From positions 5,687 through 69,686 of the forward strand of contig VGYZ01000007.1 in NCBI GenBank assembly GCA_016872795.1: DNA of 64,000 nucleotides, written 5' to 3'. Shown here one piece after another: positions 58,173-64,000 of the stretch; positions within the stretch are counted from its first letter, which is position 1; the number at the start of each line of letters is the position of its first letter. The translations under genes and the position numbers were made by a program. Source of the stretch: Planctomycetota bacterium (GTDB taxonomy: Bacteria > Planctomycetota > UBA1135 > GCA-002686595). The notes beneath the pieces were generated by a model. It was not told where the DNA came from and did not search any database. It saw only the letters and a program-made list of their open reading frames with translations.

Positions 58173-59648
58173 TCAGCTCGCGAGGCGTGCCGCGCCGTAC
58201 TCGAGCCGGGCGAGGACCGCCGGAGCGCCGAGCAGGGCCATCACATCGAAGAGGTCCGCGCCGTTGACGACCCCGCACAGGGCGAGGCGCACGGGCTGGA
58301 AGAACGCGGGCAGCTTGAGGCCGCGCTCCTGCGCCCAGGCCTTCGAGGCGTCGCGCAAGGCCGCGGCGTCGATGCCGCCGCCCACGCGCGGCGCAAGCCA
58401 CTCGCGGTAGTCGCGCAGAGTCTGCGCGGCGTTGGCGTGCTTGCGCGCGGTCGCGACGGCCTCCGCGGCCCACACGACGGCGTCGTCGCGCTGGAAGAGG
58501 TACGCGATGCGCGGCGGAAGCTCGCCGTAGGTCTGGATCCGCGCCTGTTCGGTCTTCACGACTTCGAGGAACCAAGCGCGAGGCCGCGCGAGCTCGTCCG
58601 CGCTGCACAGGCCCTCGGCGACGACGAACGGTGCGCAGTGGTCGGCGAGCGTCTCGAGCGATTCCTGACGCAGGTACTCGCCCGCCATCCAGCGGAACTT
58701 CTCGGGGTCGAAGATCGCGCCGGCCTTCTGCACATCCTTGATGTCGAAGTTCGCCACCAACTGGTCGACGGAGAACAAGACGCTCGTCCCGTCGAGCGCC
58801 CAGCCCTGCAGGCACAGGAAGTTGACCACGGCCTCGCGCGGGAAGCCCTTGTCGCGGTAGTCCTGCAGCGCCGTGTCGCCGGTGCGCTTGGAGAGCTTCT
58901 TGCCGTCGGTGCCGAGCATCAGCGGCAAGTGCCCGAACTCCGGCATCGGCTGGCCGAGTGCCTGGTAGAGCAGCACCTGCTTGGGCGTGTTGACGAGGTG
59001 CTCCTCGCCGCGGAACACATGTGTGATGCCCATGTCGACATCGTCGCACACCACGCAGAAGTTGTAGGTCGGGCTGCCGTCGGAGCGCACCATGACCCAG
59101 TCGTCGACCTCCTCGTGCGAGAAGCGCACATCGCCGCGGATGTGGTCGATGCAGACCGTCTCGCCCGGCGGCACGCGGAAGCGGATCACGGCCGCTTCGC
59201 CTTGGGCCACGCGCCGCGCGGCGAGGGCCGGATCGAGCCCTGCGCACAAGCGATCGTAGACCTGCCGCTCCTTGCGCGACTCCTGCTCGGCGCGCAGGGC
59301 GTCGAGGCGCTCGGTAGTGCAAAAACACGGGTAGGCGTGGCCCGAGGCGATCAGGCGCCGCGCGATTTCGCGGTACTGCGGGTACTTCTCGGACTGACGG
59401 TACGGACCGCGGGGGCCGCCGATGTCGGGACCTTCGTCCCACCCGATCCCCAGCCACGCCAGACCCTCGAGGATCGCGCGCTCGAACTCCTTGGTCGAAC
59501 GCTCGGGGTCGGTGTCCTCGATGCGCAGCACGAACGCCCCGCCGTGGCGACGCGCGTAGGCCCAGTTGAAGAGCGCGGTGCGCGCCCCGCCGATGTGGAG
59601 CTTGCCGGTGGGACTGGGAGCGAAGCGGACGCGGACGGGTTTGGACAC
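58173..59648 (-). CDS. gltX: Glutamate--tRNA ligase
   Basis: The ORF reads VRVRFAPSPTGKLHIGGARTALFNW...RIEDTD, with KMSKS-like KLSKR. The GTG start at 59648 is preferred over the track ATG at 59714. Confidence 0.93.
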   Translation of the reverse strand: MSKPVRVRFAPSPTGKLHIGGARTALFNWAYARRHGGAFVLRIEDTDPERSTKEFERAILEGLAWLGIGWDEGPDIGGPRGPYRQSEKYPQYREIARRLIASGHAYPCFCTTERLDALRAEQESRKERQVYDRLCAGLDPALAARRVAQGEAAVIRFRVPPGETVCIDHIRGDVRFSHEEVDDWVMVRSDGSPTYNFCVVCDDVDMGITHVFRGEEHLVNTPKQVLLYQALGQPMPEFGHLPLMLGTDGKKLSKRTGDTALQDYRDKGFPREAVVNFLCLQGWALDGTSVLFSVDQLVANFDIKDVQKAGAIFDPEKFRWMAGEYLRQESLETLADHCAPFVVAEGLCSADELARPRAWFLEVVKTEQARIQTYGELPPRIAYLFQRDDAVVWAAEAVATARKHANAAQTLRDYREWLAPRVGGGIDAAALRDASKAWAQERGLKLPAFFQPVRLALCGVVNGADLFDVMALLGAPAVLARLEYGAARLAS

Positions 59649-59776
59649 GGAGGAACCTCGGGCAACGGACCGACGGCGGCGAAGAGGATAGGCGTGCGCC
59701 GCGCGACGGTCCAACGCGCCGTGCGCTGCGCACTTTTGGGCGCGAAAACGCGAGCGCCCGCCACTAGATTCGGGCC

Positions 59777-60895
59777 ATGACCAAGATCCCCAAGTCCTCC
59801 GCCTACAAGCCCGAACGGTCCGTCACCGCCCGCGTCCCCAAGGTGCTCCTGCACGAGCACTTGGACGGCGGCCTGCGTTCGCGCACGGTGCTCGAGCTCG
59901 CGCGCGCGAGCGGCTACGAAAGGCTGCCCCACCAGGACGAGCGCAACCTCGCCGACTGGTTCCACGCCGGCGCCGCGCGCGGCTCGCTGCCCCTGTACCT
60001 CGAGGGCTTCGCCCACACGATCGCCGTGATGCAGAGCGCCGAGGCGCTCGAGCGCATCGCCTACGAGTACTGCGAGGACATGGCCGCGGACAATGTCGTG
60101 TACTCCGAGGTGCGCTTCGCCCCCCACTTCCACACCTCGGGCGGCCTCGGCCTCGACGGCGTGATGCGCGCGGTTTTGAAGGGTCTCGAGCGCGGCCAGC
60201 GCGACTTCAGGGTCGGCGCCGGCTTGATCGTGTGCGCCATGCGCAACCAGTCGCCGGAGCTCTCGTTCAAGCTCGCCGAGCTCGCGGTCGGTTTCCGCGA
60301 CCAAGGCTGCGTGGGCTTCGACCTCGCCGGCGAAGAAGCCGGGCACCCGGCGAAGGAGCACCTGCGCGCCTTCGAGCATGTCAAGCGCGCCAACTTCTCG
60401 ATCACGATCCACGCGGGCGAGAGCTTCGGCCCCGAGAGCATCTGGCAGGCGCTGCAGTACTGCGGCGCCCATCGCATCGGGCACGGCACGCGCCTGATCG
60501 AAGACATCGTCATCTACCAAGGCACGGTCATCAAAGTCGGCGCGCTCGCGCAGTATGTGCTCGACCACCGCATCCCGATCGAGGTGTGCCTGTCGTCGAA
60601 TGTGCACACGGGCGCGACGCCGTCGATGGCAGAGCACCCCTTCCGCTTCTACATGGACCGCGGCTTCCGCGTGACGCTCAACACCGACAACCGCCTGATG
60701 AGCCGCACGACGATGACCGACGAGTACCAGATCGCGGTCGAGCAGTTCGGCTGCACGCTCGCCGACCTCGAGAAAATCACCATCAACGGCATGAAGAGCG
60801 CCTTCGCGCACTACGACGAGCGCGTCAAGGTGATCTTCGAGCGCATCAAGCCCGGCTACGCGGCGCTGCGCCATGAGCTCGGGCTCTCGCTCTAG
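59777..60895 (+). CDS. add: Adenosine deaminase
   Basis: The ORF reads PKVLLHEHLDGGLR, ITIHAGE, RIGHG and TLNTDNR. Confidence 0.92.
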   Translation: MTKIPKSSAYKPERSVTARVPKVLLHEHLDGGLRSRTVLELARASGYERLPHQDERNLADWFHAGAARGSLPLYLEGFAHTIAVMQSAEALERIAYEYCEDMAADNVVYSEVRFAPHFHTSGGLGLDGVMRAVLKGLERGQRDFRVGAGLIVCAMRNQSPELSFKLAELAVGFRDQGCVGFDLAGEEAGHPAKEHLRAFEHVKRANFSITIHAGESFGPESIWQALQYCGAHRIGHGTRLIEDIVIYQGTVIKVGALAQYVLDHRIPIEVCLSSNVHTGATPSMAEHPFRFYMDRGFRVTLNTDNRLMSRTTMTDEYQIAVEQFGCTLADLEKITINGMKSAFAHYDERVKVIFERIKPGYAALRHELGLSL

Positions 60896-60991
60896 CCCGG
60901 TGGCGCGCGCCGCACGGAAGGGACTTTCGGCGCCGGAAGCTCCTTCGCTCGCCGCGGAGCCTGACGCCGCGTGGCTGCCGCGATCAGGGGT

Positions 60992-61342
60992 TCAAGGGTA
61001 GCTCGCCTCGACGACCGTCTTGATCCCGCCGCGCACCCAGAAATCGCCCTCGACCGTCATGCGGCGGGGCCGGGTCGCGGCCACCAGATCCGTGAGGATG
61101 CGGTTGGTGACGGCCTCGTGGAAGGCGCCCTCGCTGCGGTAGCTCCACAGGTAGAGCTTGAGGCTCTTCAGCTCGACGCACAGCCGGTCCGGCACATAGC
61201 GGATGCGGATCGTGGCGAAGTCGGGCTGGCCCGTCTTGGGGCACAGGCAGGTGAACTCCGGGCAGTCGAAGCGGACCTCGAAGTCCCGCTCGGGCGCCGG
61301 GTTGGGAAAGGTGTCGAGCTGCTCGGAGGGCTGGGTCGACAT
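60992..61342 (-). CDS. queF: NADPH-dependent 7-cyano-7-deazaguanine (preQ0) reductase, unimodular type
   Basis: 116 aa with CPKTGQPDF (catalytic Cys) and the QueF motif [12 protein letters not shown]. It is the 3' tail of the spurious 966-aa track ORF 60992..63892. Confidence 0.9.
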   Translation of the reverse strand: MSTQPSEQLDTFPNPAPERDFEVRFDCPEFTCLCPKTGQPDFATIRIRYVPDRLCVELKSLKLYLWSYRSEGAFHEAVTNRILTDLVAATRPRRMTVEGDFWVRGGIKTVVEASYP

Positions 61343-61471
61343 GGCTGGCCCGAACTGTAGCGACGCCCCACCCCCTCGCGCTCCCCCTCGTTCCACGGGC
61401 GCGCGCACTTGGTAGCCTCCGCCCCCGGCTTCCGGCACCCCACGCGCCCCAAGAGTCACCTGAACCGTCCC

Positions 61472-64000
61472 ATGGTCCAACCGACGCGCCAGCGAGGGCT
61501 CGTGCTCCTCGCGCTGTTCCTCTCCGGCCTCGCCGGCCTCATGCACGAGGTCGTGTGGGCCAAGCTGCTCGCGAACCTGACCGGCTCGACCGCCAAGGCG
61601 CACGCCGTGGTGCTCGCGGTGTTCATGGGCGGACTCGCGCTCGGCGCCGTGCTGTTCGGGCGCGGCTCGGACAAGCGCGACCGGCCACTGCGCGTGTATG
61701 TGTGGCTCGAGGTGCTGATCGGCCTGTACTGCATCGCCCTGCCGTTCCTCACCCAAGGTGCGGGAGCGCTGTACGAGGGCCTCGCGGCCGCGACCTTCGA
61801 ACAACCTGGCCTCAAGCTCGCGCTGCGCCTCGTGCTCTCGCTCGTGGTCGTGCTCGCACCGGCGGTCATGATGGGCGGCACGCTGCCGGTGCTCGCGCGC
61901 TACCTGATCGACGAGGTCGCGCAGACGCGCAAGGCCGTCGCGAGCCTGTACGCGCTCAACAACATCGGCGCCGTGCTCGGCTCGGGCGTGGCGGGCTTCT
62001 ACCTGCTGCCACAGCTCGGCATCTGGTCGGCGCTCGCAGTCGCCTCGTCGATGAACTTCCTCGCCGCGGGCCTCGTGTGGCTCGCGGATGCGCGCGGCGC
62101 CGGGACGCCAAAGGAAGTCGCCGCACAGGCAAGCGAGTCGGGCCCGCAGTACACGGCGGGACAGTTCCGCGCGACGCTCTGGGCGCTGGCGCTCTCGGGC
62201 TTCGCGGCCATGGGCTACGAGATCGTGTTCCTGCGCGTGATCGGGCTGGGCTTCGGCTCCTCGAACAACTCGTTCACGGTGATGCTGATGTGCTTCATCA
62301 CCGGCATCGGCATCGGCAGCTGGATCGTGTCGGTGGTCGACATCAAGCGGCCGCTGTGGTGGCTGGCGGCGTCGCAGGTCGCGGTGCTGCTCTCCTTGCT
62401 CGCGATCACGCCCGTGATCGAGCGCCTGCCGTACTTCATCAGCTCGATGCGCACCGAGCTGCTCGTGTTCGAGGATCCGACCCAGCCGCTGCTTCCCTCG
62501 GGCGAAGTGCCGGGTGGCTACGAGCTGTTCCTCGCCGGACAGGCGGCCTACTGCTTCCTGATGCTGCTCCTGCCGACGATCTGCATCGGCTTCGGCTTCC
62601 CGCTCGTCAGCCAGATCCAAGCGCGCAGCGCGGCACGAATCGGAGGCACGGTCGGCAACACCTACGCGTGGAACACGGTCGGCAATGTGCTCGGCGTGAT
62701 CGTGACGAGCCTCGTGCTGATGCCGATGCTCGGCATGGACGGAGCCTTCCACATGAACTTGGCGCTGAACGCCGTCGCCATCGCGCTGCTGCTCGTCGCC
62801 GCGGCCGATGCAGCCTTCGTGCTGCGCGTCACGGCCGCAGTCGCGACCGTGGCCGGCATGGTGGCCTACTCCGTGCAGGGCTTCCTCGAGGTGCGCGGCG
62901 AGCGCGTCGCGAGCTGGGCGCGCACGATTCGCCAGAGCGAAGGCCACCTGCGCCTGCGCAAGGGACCGCCGGCGGACGCCGACGCGCTCCTGCTCTCGCG
63001 CCACGCCGCCTCCAACTTCGAGTGGTGGAAGAAGACCCACCTGCGCGACCCTGATCCGCGAGTCGACGGCTGGGACGACTTCGGCCTGTGGGAAGACGCC
63101 GACGCGTCGGTCATGGGCGTGCGCCGCGAGCGCCTCGCCGCGATCTACATCAACAGCAAGGGCGACGCCTCGACCGGCCCGCTCGACATGATCACCTTCC
63201 TGCTCTCGGGCCACATCCCGATGTTCTTCCTGCCCAAGCAGGACGGAGACAAGGCCAACGTGATGGTGATCGGCCACGGTTCGGGCGTCACCACCGGCGC
63301 GATCTCGCTGTACGACGAAGTCGAGCGCATCGATGTGGTCGAGATCTCCAAGGCCGTGCTCGACGCCGACAAGCTCTTCACCGCCGCCAACCACGGCGTG
63401 CTCGAAAACCCCAAGACGCATGTCTACCTCGACGACGCGCGCACCTTCCTGCGCACGGTCCCGCGCAAGTACGACCTGATCGTCTCGCAGCCCTCGAACC
63501 CTTGGATCGCGGGCATCGGCAGCCTGTTCACGGTCGACTTCTTCGAGGACTGCCGCGACCGCCTCGAGCAGGGCGGCATCATGATGGTGTGGTTCCACCA
63601 CTACGAGCAGTCCAACGAGACGATCCAGCTCATCACGCGCACCATCCACGAGGTCTTCCCGCATGTGCAGTGCTTCCTGACGTTCGAGTCCGACACGATC
63701 GGCCTCGCCTCGATGGAGCCGCTGCCGGTCGACTTCGCGGCCATGGAGTCGCTGTTCGATCGCCCGCAGATCCGCTCCGACCTCGCGCGCGTCGGCGTCT
63801 ACAACCTCTCCGGCCTGCTCGCCTACCACGGCGCGAATCCAGCCCACTTCGCCGCACTCGTGGGACAGGGCCCGCTCAACACCGACGACCACCAGCGCCT
63901 CGAGTACCTCGGCGCGCGCAACATGTTCCTCGGTCGCAACGCGAACCTGCTCGAGGTCGACCCGGGCTTCGACCTGCAGGGCGACGGCCTGACCGACTCG
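61472..64000 (+). CDS. Fused polytopic membrane domain + spermidine-synthase-like methyltransferase-fold protein (partial, continues beyond window)
   Basis: The ATG at 61472 opens [33 protein letters not shown]..., followed by many TM helices. Then comes [14 protein letters not shown]...VEISKAV...YLDDARTFL...[12 protein letters not shown], a spermidine-synthase-like core. The frame is open to the window end, so it is missing from the ORF track. Confidence 0.8.
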   Translation, partial: MVQPTRQRGLVLLALFLSGLAGLMHEVVWAKLLANLTGSTAKAHAVVLAVFMGGLALGAVLFGRGSDKRDRPLRVYVWLEVLIGLYCIALPFLTQGAGALYEGLAAATFEQPGLKLALRLVLSLVVVLAPAVMMGGTLPVLARYLIDEVAQTRKAVASLYALNNIGAVLGSGVAGFYLLPQLGIWSALAVASSMNFLAAGLVWLADARGAGTPKEVAAQASESGPQYTAGQFRATLWALALSGFAAMGYEIVFLRVIGLGFGSSNNSFTVMLMCFITGIGIGSWIVSVVDIKRPLWWLAASQVAVLLSLLAITPVIERLPYFISSMRTELLVFEDPTQPLLPSGEVPGGYELFLAGQAAYCFLMLLLPTICIGFGFPLVSQIQARSAARIGGTVGNTYAWNTVGNVLGVIVTSLVLMPMLGMDGAFHMNLALNAVAIALLLVAAADAAFVLRVTAAVATVAGMVAYSVQGFLEVRGERVASWARTIRQSEGHLRLRKGPPADADALLLSRHAASNFEWWKKTHLRDPDPRVDGWDDFGLWEDADASVMGVRRERLAAIYINSKGDASTGPLDMITFLLSGHIPMFFLPKQDGDKANVMVIGHGSGVTTGAISLYDEVERIDVVEISKAVLDADKLFTAANHGVLENPKTHVYLDDARTFLRTVPRKYDLIVSQPSNPWIAGIGSLFTVDFFEDCRDRLEQGGIMMVWFHHYEQSNETIQLITRTIHEVFPHVQCFLTFESDTIGLASMEPLPVDFAAMESLFDRPQIRSDLARVGVYNLSGLLAYHGANPAHFAALVGQGPLNTDDHQRLEYLGARNMFLGRNANLLEVDPGFDLQGDGLTDS

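Overview
Very GC-rich bacterial chromosomal segment (by eye about 70% GC, with third codon positions almost all G/C). It is densely coding: about 58 CDS, one tRNA and one riboswitch. I recognise no rRNA, CRISPR array, transposase, integrase, phage gene or canonical defence gene. The gene content suggests a Planctomycetota-like organism, but that is inference only. The supporting genes are an NPCBM-domain protein, a DUF1570-like HExxH protein, a TPR/FG-GAP/ASPIC-UnbV protein, a secreted prenyltransferase-repeat protein and a membrane sulfatase-like enzyme; Shine-Dalgarno sites are also scarce. Recognisable core genes are pyrH-tsf-rpsB, two tandem groEL paralogs followed by dnaJ-grpE-fmdB, lpxB, lepB, apaH, a TPP riboswitch with thiC, tRNA-Met(CAT), gltX, add and queF. 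High GC produces many long antisense ORFs in the six-frame track, and I rejected these. I did not find a clear-cut new system. The best candidates for follow-up are: (1) a 625-bp gene-free gap (53233-53857) packed with hairpins, mutually exclusive helices and decayed tandem repeats; (2) a DprE1/DprE2-like epimerase pair plus an SGNH-like gene in a non-actinobacterial context; (3) an overlapping ECF sigma / anti-sigma / YbjQ tricistron; (4) a translationally coupled cysteine dioxygenase + NifS-like pair; (5) twin CTGCC-N5-GGCAG inverted repeats upstream of a chaperone cluster that has no CIRCE, groES or dnaK; (6) two unusual small proteins, one 46-aa and hyper-basic, one hyper-acidic. All functional calls come from reading motifs in the translations. 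No database search was run.
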